From Basidiobolus meristosporus CBS 931.73 (taxonomy: Eukaryota; Fungi; Basidiobolomycota), in NCBI GenBank assembly GCA_002104905.1, contig MCFE01000439.1:1-64000 (forward strand): a DNA stretch of 64,000 nt. Reading direction: 5' to 3'. Numbering within the stretch: the first letter of the stretch is position 1; the number at the start of each line of letters is the position of its first letter. Below the pieces are notes generated by a model. The model was not told the DNA's origin. It did not search any database and worked only from the letters and a program-made list of their open reading frames with translations. The translations under genes were made by a program, and so were the position numbers. This document shows, piece by piece, positions 1-9,535 of the stretch.

Positions 1-514
1 TTGAGGCTCTTCGGTTTTGCGAAGATCCTCTATCAATTTTTTGGCATCATTGGTGTATTCAACAAGCTTGTTGTATAACTGAACACTGTGCTCAGGAAGC
101 CTTTTGGCCTCCGATTGAATACGACCTAATGGATCCTTCTCGAGCTCAATTTCTCTGACAAAATTCTCGGCTCCTGGGACATACTTTGTGAATACCTTGC
201 GGAACTCCTCGTCTTTCAAGGAATAAAAGCTGGACCCAACATATCCCGCTCCTCCCAAAACGGTCAAGAGGGAAAGAGTCTTCAACAAGGAGCGGCTCTT
301 TTTCTGAGCCACCGGGGAAACAGTTTCAGTAGCAGAAACTTCGGTAGAATATGCCTACGCAAATAGAAGTGGAACCTTTAGTGTCTTGGAAGGAGGTTAA
401 GGGAATCGAATGTTCTTGTACCTTTCTAAGAATTGACACTCGAGAGATCGATGATTTGACTGTAGCTTGGGCAGCTAAAGATCTTTTCGCCGAGACCTGT
501 ACACCTCTAATCAT
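1..514 (-). CDS. MIC60: MICOS complex subunit Mic60 (mitofilin), 5' part; gene runs off the left edge
   Basis: ATG at 514, basic presequence-like N-terminus (MIRGVQVSAKRSLAAQ...), phase-0 GT-AG intron 421-355, then AYSTEVS...KTLSLLTVLGGAGYVGSSFYSLKDEEFRKVFTKYVPGAE. This single TM followed by the F-x-x-Y-V-P-G-A motif is typical of Mic60. Confidence 0.75.
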
Positions 515-871
515 CCTGAAAATTCTACACAATACAGGACATGCGGAAGGAATATCACATTAAAATGGAGCTGGCTACATACTAGATAAAGAGGAATATT
601 ACCCAAAATTCACAAGTAACAATGAGAAAGTCGGTGTGCCTCGAGTAGCGGAACGACTAAGCAACTCTTGGTGTAATTGAGTTCTTTATTGGGGGAAAGC
701 AATTTTGGGGCATTGCTGTATATCAATTCGATCCGGCCTGCAACAGAAAATTCTTCCTGAATCTTAAGCACTCCGTGTACTGCCCCGCAAAATTAACGCG
801 GCCCGTAGTCGCTTAACCAAATTTGTGTGGATGCGCTTAAACTGTGGTGTTTATTCAAAGAATAAACCATG

Positions 872-959
872 AATATCCTCTTGCCTGAATGTTAGGATTT
901 ACATCCGGAGCAAACAATATCCTCTTGCTTGAATGCTAGGATTTACATCCAGAGCAAAC
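872..959. repeat. 44-bp tandem duplication (2 copies)
   Basis: aatatcctcttgcctgaatgttaggatttacatccggagcaaac followed by aatatcctcttgcttgaatgctaggatttacatccagagcaaac (3 mismatches). Confidence 0.9.
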
Positions 960-1510
960 AAATGGGATAGTTTGAGTGGTGCCCAGAGAATGTACTAAAG
1001 AAGTATGTTAACTTATGCAAGTATCGACAAAATTACTCTACATACCCTTGGTCCCAAATGAGCCCGGTTTGTACGCAGCCTAAACTCGCACGTTAAGGTT
1101 TTCTTTTGCTTTAATTCCAAAGAATCTAGCCGACATACCTTTGGTCGCAAGTATGCCTTGGAGTCATCTTGGGTCTCTTTGTTGCTGTGAGCTTTTTGAG
1201 TAGCTTCTTGATGCTCACTTTTTGGCATTTGCAGCTTTTCTACCGCGGCCCTTCTGCATTTATCGAGTTCTCTCTTTCTTTCTTCACGCATTTCTATCAT
1301 TCGAAAGTTCTAAACTTGGCAGAAAATGAAGGCAGACCAGCTTTGAAGACACTCACCTCCACCTATTGTATAAGGGAAGCGTTCTCTTAGTTTAGGCAAG
1401 AGCCAAAACTGCCACAACAGCCCACCAAACAGTATAAAATATCCATAACTTGCCAGAAAGGAAGACACACCCTCGCTTAGTGCGTCGATGGAGGGAAGTT
1501 GCAAACTCAT
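936..1510 (-). CDS. Selenoprotein S (SELENOS/VIMP)-like ER membrane protein, no in-frame UGA
   Basis: ATG 1510. VSSFLASYGYFILFGGLLWQFWLLPKL resembles the SelS TM region (human VGSLLATYGWYIVF). It is followed by a coiled coil (REERKRELDKCRRAAVEKLQ) and a YLRPK/AYKPGSFG tail. Introns lie at about 1356-1294/1310 and 1138-1080. The gene ends at TAG 1038 or, through a third intron 1045-995, at TAG 936. Confidence 0.6.
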
Positions 1511-1707
1511 TGTAGTAAGTGGACAAGAAAGCAAGTCATATCATCACCAAATTATTTATACAAGAAATTTATGAAACATCCCGAAATTAGGTAATTAAGT
1601 TTGTATTAGATATTTGTGGACAAATGCCTACCAACTCATAACACAATCTGAAAGGAGTATGGAAGACCACACAAACTATCGATTGTACCGCAACTGACAA
1701 TCTTTTG

Positions 1708-2715
1708 ATGGACAACTCCAACTTTGAGGATGAAAATAGGAGTGCTCGTTTACGTCGCTGGTTAGGAACTGATACGGTGGTACCAGCACCTACGTGCACT
1801 GTTCGTTCTTCGGAGCAGGTATTAGATGGCACCCACTCTCCACAGAATATCTCTCTCTATGGGTTTTTCCTTGGATGCTTGTTCACCTTTGGTCTTGGGA
1901 TCCTCTGCCTCACAGATTTCTGGCAAATAGGGGGATATATACTTTGCCTTTCCATCTTCCATCACCTTGAGTACCTCCTCACCGCCCTCTACAAACCGGA
2001 AAATCTCCAACTCGACTGTAGGCCAGCTCCACCAATTGCAACCGATTCGACTGACTTACTGACGCTTATTTTTCTTCCGCCTAGCATACCTGCTAAATCA
2101 CAGCACCGCATACACAATAGCAATATTCGTGGGCTTGTTTGAATATTTCCTCGAGGATTTCTCTTTCCTATCACAAAAGAACACACCTGGATTTGTGCGC
2201 TGGGTAAGTAACTATGTAGCGAATACCCATTGACGGCTCCCTCACGTTTTCACAACACAGGCATTTTACTTGTGCTATGTGGTCAAATCATACGAACACT
2301 CGCGATGCATACCGCAAAAGCAAGTTTCAACCATCAGGTTGTTGATTACAAAGCTCAAGAACACGTGTTGGTCACTTGGGGGATCTACAAGTAAGGCAAT
2401 ATGGCCAAGAGAATTTTTTTATCGCAGTTACATTAATGTGTGCCTGTTGCTTCAAGATACCTTCGACACCCAAGCTACTTTGGTTTTTACGTTTGGTCGG
2501 TGGGGATGCAGTTGTTACTGGCCAATCCTATCAGCCTTCTTCTGTATCTCTACGCCTTGAATAGGTTCTTTGCAGGCCGAATCGTCTATGAGGAAATCAC
2601 CCTTCATCGATTTTTTGGTCAAAAATATAAGGACTACTGCAGTGAAACGTGGACCTGGCTACCGCTGGTGTACCCAAAGAAGAATTGCCCACCTTCCGCG
2701 GAACAGTCGGAATAA
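1708..2715 (+). CDS. STE14: Protein-S-isoprenylcysteine O-methyltransferase (ICMT), 4 exons, with an apparent 1-nt deletion at about 2158-2160
   Basis: Motifs FHHLEY, YLLNHS, GQIIRTLAM...SFNH, HVLVTWGIYKYLRHPSYFGF and RIVYEE. Exon 2 needs one extra T (GAT TT[T] CTC TTT CCT) to read LFPITKEHTWICALG and to match the phase of exon 3. Confidence 0.92.
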
Positions 2716-2869
2716 ATAATCTTGTCTTAACTTGGCCCAGTGCCGAGTACATTAAAGCCCACATACATCTGACATGTGAAAAGATCAACTTTATTTTACC
2801 ACGAAGATGTTGCCATACCATATACTCTCAAAATACATGTGAATGCAACTTAAAATGAGTAGGACTTGT

Positions 2870-3310
2870 TTAGCAGCTAACCTTCTTCCAAGTAACCTTG
2901 ACACGGCCATCGTTCAGATTGGCAATCTTTTTGAAGGCAGAGGGTGTGAGGTCAATATCACCACTACGGCATGGTGCGCAAAGGTCACGAATACGAACTA
3001 CTACCGATCCCTTTGGGCCTTGGACCTTGACACATTTGCCACACATGGAGGCTTGGTCAGTGTCTTGGCCGGATCCTTGTCCGAACTGGAAACGGCTGAG
3101 CGCAGCAATCATGTCGCTCTTGCTGGAGGTGTGACCTTGCTTTGAGCAGGCATCACGATCAGGTGTGAAGAAGGTACCATCACCTCGGTAGTCACGCTTG
3201 CTTACTTGGGCTTTGTCATGGACACCAGCATAACCTGCGAATTGGGCTCCAAGCACTGCTTGAGCGGAGAAAAGGCAAAGTGAAAGGGCGACAATGGACT
3301 TGAACATCAT
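2870..3310 (-). CDS. Secreted RlpA-like double-psi beta-barrel (loosenin/expansin-like) protein, copy 1
   Basis: Signal peptide MMFKSIVALSLCLFSAQAVLG, KR (Kex2-like) site, GDGTFFTP, CGKCVKV, VRIRDLCAPC, GDIDLTP. Intronless; TATAAAA at 3404-3398. Confidence 0.88.
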   Translation of the reverse strand: MMFKSIVALSLCLFSAQAVLGAQFAGYAGVHDKAQVSKRDYRGDGTFFTPDRDACSKQGHTSSKSDMIAALSRFQFGQGSGQDTDQASMCGKCVKVQGPKGSVVVRIRDLCAPCRSGDIDLTPSAFKKIANLNDGRVKVTWKKVSC

Positions 3311-3752
3311 GTTTCGTTGGTAGTAATCAATACTGGAGTGTGCTTGAGTGATGCAATGCCCTGTTTGCTGTGTTGGCTCATCTGCCGAGTCGCCCACTTT
3401 TATAGCCATCATTCCCATCGCCATCACCATCACCATCATCCCAATCGTTATCGCCCTTCCGCCCGTTCTTTCACCCTTTTCCCTTCGTCCGTTCACTCAG
3501 CTTGCCGGGAACTGTGAGGCACCATGAAACCCGACTGCCTTATTAGTCGCAAACACCTACTCTCCCAATGGGCGTGGCATAATCACTTCTTTCATACACC
3601 AGGTTGACTTCTTGTTCGGATCTCCTATCCATTTATGGCCCCTCTACTGCCACTATTCTGCATGCGCCCCAATCAGGCAAAAACTAGTATCATTGAGCTA
3701 AGGTTGCAACACCCCCCCCCACCACTTCAACCTTAGTGAGGTTACCAATTTG
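2870..3752. repeat. Left arm of about 0.9-kb inverted duplication (partner 5903-6800)
   Basis: The reverse complement of 3311-3752 matches 5903-6359 almost base for base apart from microsatellite length. The CDS parts are also near-identical over their 5' two thirds. Confidence 0.92.
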
Positions 3753-4717
3753 CTTTCCATTCACAAAATCTGCAAGATCAGCCAACCCCAACCATATCGG
3801 ATCGTTAGATCACTCTCGACTCGCAGCATTCCCGCCACCATTCTGACCGCTTCGCCCGTAATGTAACTCAAGCAGCCAAACCCAACCAGAGTTTTCAAGT
3901 ACACCATCAGTTGCCATTCTGATCACACGCCTACAATGAAACTGGTCGAACAGTGGGCAGGAATTGCCGCTTTGATTCTGTGTACCCGCCTGCTTGTCGA
4001 GGTTCTGCCTCGCGCTTCTAGACATATGTCAGCTATATCGGTAGCTACATTTTTCCCACATCGGTGTCAATCTTCCTTCATTCAGTACCAAACCTGGACC
4101 CGACTAGAGTCAATTTTGATGTCACCATTCACAACAGACGACGCACAACGCACCACCCATCCTAATCCCCCGTGACCATTTAAGAACACTGACGAAAACC
4201 ATTGAAATCTTATTCCGCTCTAAGTCGAGCACCATATGCGGTAAAGAAATTCCGCTCGGAAGATTTCCAGAGTGACTTTTAGGGAAATCCAGACGCGATT
4301 ATTGGCAACCGGTGGATCTTGTGAGCGTGGATCAATCCCCAACCCCAATCTCAGGAAACATTTGAATCCCGATCCTTCTTGTTAAGTTACGCTTATATTA
4401 CTCAAGGTCCTTGTCTCGAAGTCATCTGATTGGTACCTAAGCATTACTGGAATCTGACGAGCGGAAAGCCGACTTGCATAGAGAGCTCACTAGATAGCCG
4501 AGGTCACAACATAAATGATTGAGTTGGAATGAAGACAGGTTTGTCGTTGGACTATACCACGGAATAAGAAGTCTGAGCGCCTTTGTCAGCTCCAAATTCA
4601 AGTTCAACCTTGCATCTAGGGAAGACTAGAGAGGGGCCCAGCGTTATAAAATAGATGTGGTTGGTCAAGAAGGAATCATCATCAAGAATTCAACGGCTCG
4701 GCGGTGCTATCTCGATA

Positions 4718-5155
4718 ATGTTCAAGTCACTCGCTAGTCTTACTCTTTGCCTTTTCGTTGCTCAAGCTGTGCTTGGAGCTCAGTTTTCGGGCTATGTCGG
4801 AATCCATAACACCAAACGTTTGAGCAAACGTGACTTCAGCGGAGATGCAACTTACTTCACCCCCGATCGTGACGCCTGCTCGAAGCGAGGCGACACTTCC
4901 AGTGAAAGTGACATGATTGCTGCTCTCAGCAAATATCAGTTCGGCCAAGGCTCAGGACAGGACACCGACCAAGCTGCCATGTGTGGCAAATGTGTCAAGG
5001 TCCAAGGCCCTAAAGGATCGGTGGTCGTTCGCATCCGTGACCTTTGTGGATCATGCCGTAGTGGTGATATTGACCTCACCCCTGCAGCATTCAAGAAGAT
5101 TGCCAATCTGAAGGATGGTCGTGTCAAGGTTACATGGAAGCAAGTCAGTTGTTAA
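4718..5155 (+). CDS. Secreted RlpA-like DPBB protein, copy 2 (most diverged)
   Basis: MFKSLASLTLCLFVAQAVLG...SKRDFSGDATYFTP...CGKCVKV...DLCGSCRSGDIDLTP; TATAAAA at 4645-4651. Confidence 0.88.
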   Translation: MFKSLASLTLCLFVAQAVLGAQFSGYVGIHNTKRLSKRDFSGDATYFTPDRDACSKRGDTSSESDMIAALSKYQFGQGSGQDTDQAAMCGKCVKVQGPKGSVVVRIRDLCGSCRSGDIDLTPAAFKKIANLKDGRVKVTWKQVSC

Positions 5156-6265
5156 CGTAGCCTGATTCATTTTGGCCCGTTAATGTAGAATCTTTTGAAT
5201 AAATTATTAATGAGCGCATGAGCATCAAGTTTCTAAGAAGCCGGTTACCAATCCTTAAAAGTTCCGGTGGAATATTGCTTTTTCAATCCATCAAATCAGT
5301 TTGTTTATTTTCGATTGAAACCTTCCAAATTGGGGCGTTGTCGCCTTGATTGTTGCTAAATTCGTCTGATCGTCCATTATTTTCCGACCATATTGTTTGA
5401 TATACAAGCTGGTTTGTGAACGAAGCGATTGAACGTGGGAGGACATGGATCATGTCGACCAGATTGTATGTAATTTAAGGCCCCAGGCCTCACTTAAACT
5501 GTACTTCATCTGGCTCCTACTCTAATTGTCAGAATCTGGATTCTGCCCATGGTACATGATACGTTATTCGTTGTTAGATGTTGGACAGAATCGTGAGCAG
5601 TTGAAGAGTATCGATTTGGTACTATACTCCATATATTATGGGGGATTGGAGGGGGTCATTGTCAAGATAAGGGATAGCATATTGTAGTGGTTGCCTTTAA
5701 TATGGGAATGTCAATATTAGATTATGGTGAATTTGCCCATATGTGATACGTATACATATGTGGGTGATGTATCGGTAGTTGGGACAATATAAACACCCAA
5801 CCAGATTGCAAGGATATCGGGAAATGGACTTCGGTCAACGATAGTAGAAAGATCAAATACGATTGGGCTTGCAGATGTTACTGTGAACGAATATAGAGAG
5901 CTCAAATTTGTAATTACGCTAAGGTTGAAGTGGTGGGGGGTGCTGCAACCTTAGCTCAATGATACTAGTTTTTGCCTGATTGGGGCGCATGCAGAATAGT
6001 GGCAGTAGAGGGGCCATAAATGGATAGGAGATCCGAACAAGAAGTCAACCTGGTGTATGAAAGAAGTGATTATGCCACGCCCATTGGGAGAGTAGGTGTT
6101 TGCGACTAATAAGGCAGTCGGGTTTCATGGTGCCTCACAGTTCCCGGCAAGCTGAGTGAACGGACGAAGGGAAAAGGGTGAAAGAACGGGCGAAAGGGCG
6201 ATAACGATTGGGATGATGGTGATGGTGATGATGATGGTGATGGCGATGGCGATGGGAATGATGGC

Positions 6266-6272
6266 TATAAAA
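6266..6272 (+). promoter_or_regulatory. TATA box of DPBB copy 3
   Basis: TATAAAA 94 nt upstream of ATG 6360; equivalent boxes precede all four copies. Confidence 0.6.
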
Positions 6273-6359
6273 GTGGGCGACTCGGCAGATGAGCCAACAC
6301 AGCAAACAGGGCATTGCATCACTCAAGCACACTCCAGTATTGATTACTACCAACGAAAC

Positions 6360-6800
6360 ATGATGTTCAAGTCCATTGTCGCCCTTTCACTTTGCCTTTT
6401 CTCCGCTCAAGCAGTGCTTGGAGCCCAATTCGCAGGTTATGCTGGTGTCCATGACAAAGCCCAAGTAAGCAAGCGTGACTACCGAGGTGATGGTACCTTC
6501 TTCACACCTGATCGTGATGCCTGCTCAAAGCAAGGTCACACCTCCAGTGAGAGCGACATGATTGCTGCGCTCAGCCGTTTCCAGTTCGGACAAGGATCCG
6601 GCCAAGACACTGACCAAGCCTCCATGTGTGGCAAATGTGTCAAGGTCCAAGGCCCCAAGGGATCGGTAGTAGTTCGCATCAGTGATCTCTGCGCACCATG
6701 CCGTAGCGGTGACATTGATCTTACACCAGCGGCCTTCAAGAATATTGCTGACTTGGATGCTGGCCGTGTGAAGGTCACATGGAAGCAAGTTAGTTGTTAG
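6360..6800 (+). CDS. Secreted RlpA-like DPBB protein, copy 3
   Basis: Same prepro-DPBB architecture. The true start is taken as MMFKS at 6360, downstream of the TATA box. Confidence 0.88.
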   Translation: MMFKSIVALSLCLFSAQAVLGAQFAGYAGVHDKAQVSKRDYRGDGTFFTPDRDACSKQGHTSSESDMIAALSRFQFGQGSGQDTDQASMCGKCVKVQGPKGSVVVRISDLCAPCRSGDIDLTPAAFKNIADLDAGRVKVTWKQVSC

Positions 6801-7312
6801 AAAATGCTAGTGTTAACGTTGTCAATTTGTTGAATAAAGCTGGACTTTCATCGTAAAACGTGTTCATTCGCAGCATAGCGTAGCAGCAATTTATTGGATG
6901 CCTGTTATTCGTAATATGGCAACAATTTTGATTGAATATAACAGTGACCAATCAGTTAATCTGACAACTTTCGGAAATTTAACAGTGAGTTTCCTTTCTC
7001 TATCCATATGAAGTGAGTTTACTTTCCCTATAATTTCAAATCAGAACTGTTAATGTGGATGAAGATGAAAAATGGGAAAATTTACTTCTAATGGATCGTA
7101 ATTGGCCATGAAGCCATCTCAAGAAATGAGGCCCCGAGCTTGTGACTGATTAACTATCCACCAGGAGAATATCTTCTATTCTATATGAGGAAAGGGAATG
7201 ATGGTATGGTGGGTTACTGTTGAGGAGATTTGGTGACTTATCGAAACATATAAAATATGGCTGTCGTCTGAGTAGTAGCTCATCAAAGGAATCCGGTCAT
7301 TCCCTCTCCATT

Positions 7313-7750
7313 ATGTTCAAGTCAATCATTACCCTCTCTGTCTGTCTCTTCTCCGCTCAAGCAGTGCTTGGAGCCCAATTCGCAGGTTATGCTGGTGTCC
7401 ATGACAAAGCCCAAGTAAGCAAGCGTGACTACCGAGGTGATGGTACCTTCTTCACACCTGATCGTGATGCCTGCTCGAAGCAAGGTCACACCTCCAGTGA
7501 GAGCGATATGATTGCCGCACTTAGCCGTTTCCAGTTCGGACAAGGATCCGGCCAAGACACTGACCAAGCCTCCATGTGTGGCAAATGTGTCAAGGTCCAA
7601 GGCCCCAAGGGATCGGTAGTAGTTCGCATCAGTGATCTCTGCGCACCATGCCGTAGCGGTGACATTGATCTTACACCAGCGGCCTTCAAGAATATTGCTG
7701 ACTTGGATGCTGGCCGTGTGAAGGTTACATGGAAGCAGGTTAGCTGTTAG
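7313..7750 (+). CDS. Secreted RlpA-like DPBB protein, copy 4
   Basis: MFKSIITLSVCLFSAQAVLG...; mature domain identical in amino acids to copy 3; TATAAAA at 7249-7255. Confidence 0.88.
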   Translation: MFKSIITLSVCLFSAQAVLGAQFAGYAGVHDKAQVSKRDYRGDGTFFTPDRDACSKQGHTSSESDMIAALSRFQFGQGSGQDTDQASMCGKCVKVQGPKGSVVVRISDLCAPCRSGDIDLTPAAFKNIADLDAGRVKVTWKQVSC

Positions 7751-8126
7751 ACAAATCCCTCGCATAAGAAGTAGATTCTTCTAGCAACTTCGTGATAAAA
7801 TAAAGTTGACCTTTATCAAAATCAGATATGTTTGACGAAATTAGCCTCGAGTTTAACTGTCAGTTGGATAGTCATTAATTGATGATATGCTATATTTATG
7901 TTCGGTTTAGTCAGCTGTAGAGATCCGGAATGCAGTTCGTATGAAGATAGAAGTGGTGATTAGGAGAGTTGGCATCCTTCCCAAGGTATTATTTTTGCCT
8001 ATACCATAATGAATCAGGCGGTCATGTGACTGCGGATCCCAGAGTAGCAATTGCCATTTAGTGTTGAAAATTTTGATTCTTAGTCCTAGTGGTGGCTAAA
8101 CTACCAAGAGTTCTTTCTTCTAGAGG

Positions 8127-8526
8127 ATGGATCAAACGTTAGACGAGGTAGTAAAGCATTGTGCCGTACAGCTGGAATTGTACCAAAGATGCATAGAAAG
8201 AAATCCTGAGAGTTGGGAGACTGACTGCCGCCAACAGAGGCAAGACCTGACAAAATGCTCAGAAGACAAGTAGGTTCATTCACTTAAAGCGCCCCCTCGC
8301 TCTACTCATTCTAACTGTTGCTTCGTTTAGCGTGGGTGCGTTGAAGGAGGTTAGGATAAAGTGCGCATACGCAGTTAAGGACTACGAAACCTGCCTAACT
8401 TCCAATCATGACGAGCCAGAGAAATGCATTGACCCCTTGCGTGAGCTTTACGAATGTACCCAGAAAGTTCACGATGTTTGGTCGGCTACCCACAACACTA
8501 CCGAAGATCAAAACAAACCAGAATAA
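8127..8526 (+). CDS. MIX14: Double twin-CX9C (CHCH) intermembrane-space protein, Mix14/CHCHD5-like, 2 exons
   Basis: MDQTLDEVVKHCAVQLELYQRC...DCRQQRQDLTKC, intron 8270-8330, then KCAYAVKDYETC...KCIDPLRELYEC: four CX9C motifs. Confidence 0.8.
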
Positions 8527-9535
8527 AGATAGAATCATTGTTTATTTCAACGAGTACCTTCTTTGCTACGTTTCAGGAATGAAGAGACGGATAGGTGCTT
8601 TAATTGGGAGAGTGAGCGTATGTATGTGTATGGTAACGTGACAGAAGAAATACGCCCATTTGCAATCAACCTTGTACTATGTAATTCCCGCTGCCACTCA
8701 TCACAGTATGATCTGAATAGATGATCGTGATAGAGATAATCAGATAGCAACACATCTTTCAATCAAGAAAGCGGCAATTTTGGAGGACAATGGACCGTGA
8801 GTATCTTGGCAGAATGAACATCGATCCAGGGTGCACAAGCGGAACAAAGGGCCATCGGACTTGGAATCGGTGTGTACCAGATACGTGTTTTGCCAAATCA
8901 GAATTGGAGTCAAGGAGATCTTTCAGGTAATTTACTTATTTGGAAATAGCTCGCTTCCCTGATGCAGTCTGCGGCTGATACTATATTGTGTGGGTGGGCA
9001 GTGTTTCATCTGTGTCACCCATATCAACTGTATCACATCGAACCTCTCCCCTTGAACTTAAGCTGGATTTCACCACTAATGAATCATGTGTTTTGACAAT
9101 AGATTTGTAGATGGCAAGCACCTGATTTACTCACTGGAAACCTTATTTAGCAGTTGCTTATCATCTGTGCTTGTAATGACCTTGTATAGTTTAAATTATA
9201 TTAAGGAGGGAGTGAGACTTTGGTGTCAGTATTGATTAACAGTCGGCATCGTTGTGCAAGACAACACACGCCTAAATAGAATCAGTATAGCTGGAAATTA
9301 CTAGATCAAGCAAATATACAAGTATCATATGAGACACTGATTCCGTTTTTTTTCCTACCTTCCAGAGGAGGGCACGTTTTCTCAACGCTTCTTTGTACCT
9401 TCATTATTGTCCTTCTGAGAGGCGCTGACCACATTCTTTGTCATTTCCTCTTGACTTGTAGTTCCTTCTTCGCTCCCTTCTCTACCAAGAATCCTGTTGT
9501 ATTCTGTTGGATTATAGGTGCTTTCTATTAGTATC

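Larger units (their letters stand above)
5903..6800. repeat. Right arm of about 0.9-kb inverted duplication (partner 2870-3752)
   Basis: See left arm; includes the promoter, the (ATGGTG/ATGGCG)n microsatellite and DPBB copy 3. Confidence 0.92.

Noticed and set aside
1038-1079. Selenocysteine codon in the SelS-like gene
   Set aside because: No in-frame TGA under any splice choice examined, and no SECIS recognised.
6156-6359. Met-rich in-frame N-terminal extension of DPBB copies 1 and 3 (MMVMVMMMVMAMAMGMM; His-rich on the other strand)
   Set aside because: It is an (ATGGTG/ATGGCG)n microsatellite upstream of the TATA box, it varies in length between the arms, and it is absent from copies 2 and 4.
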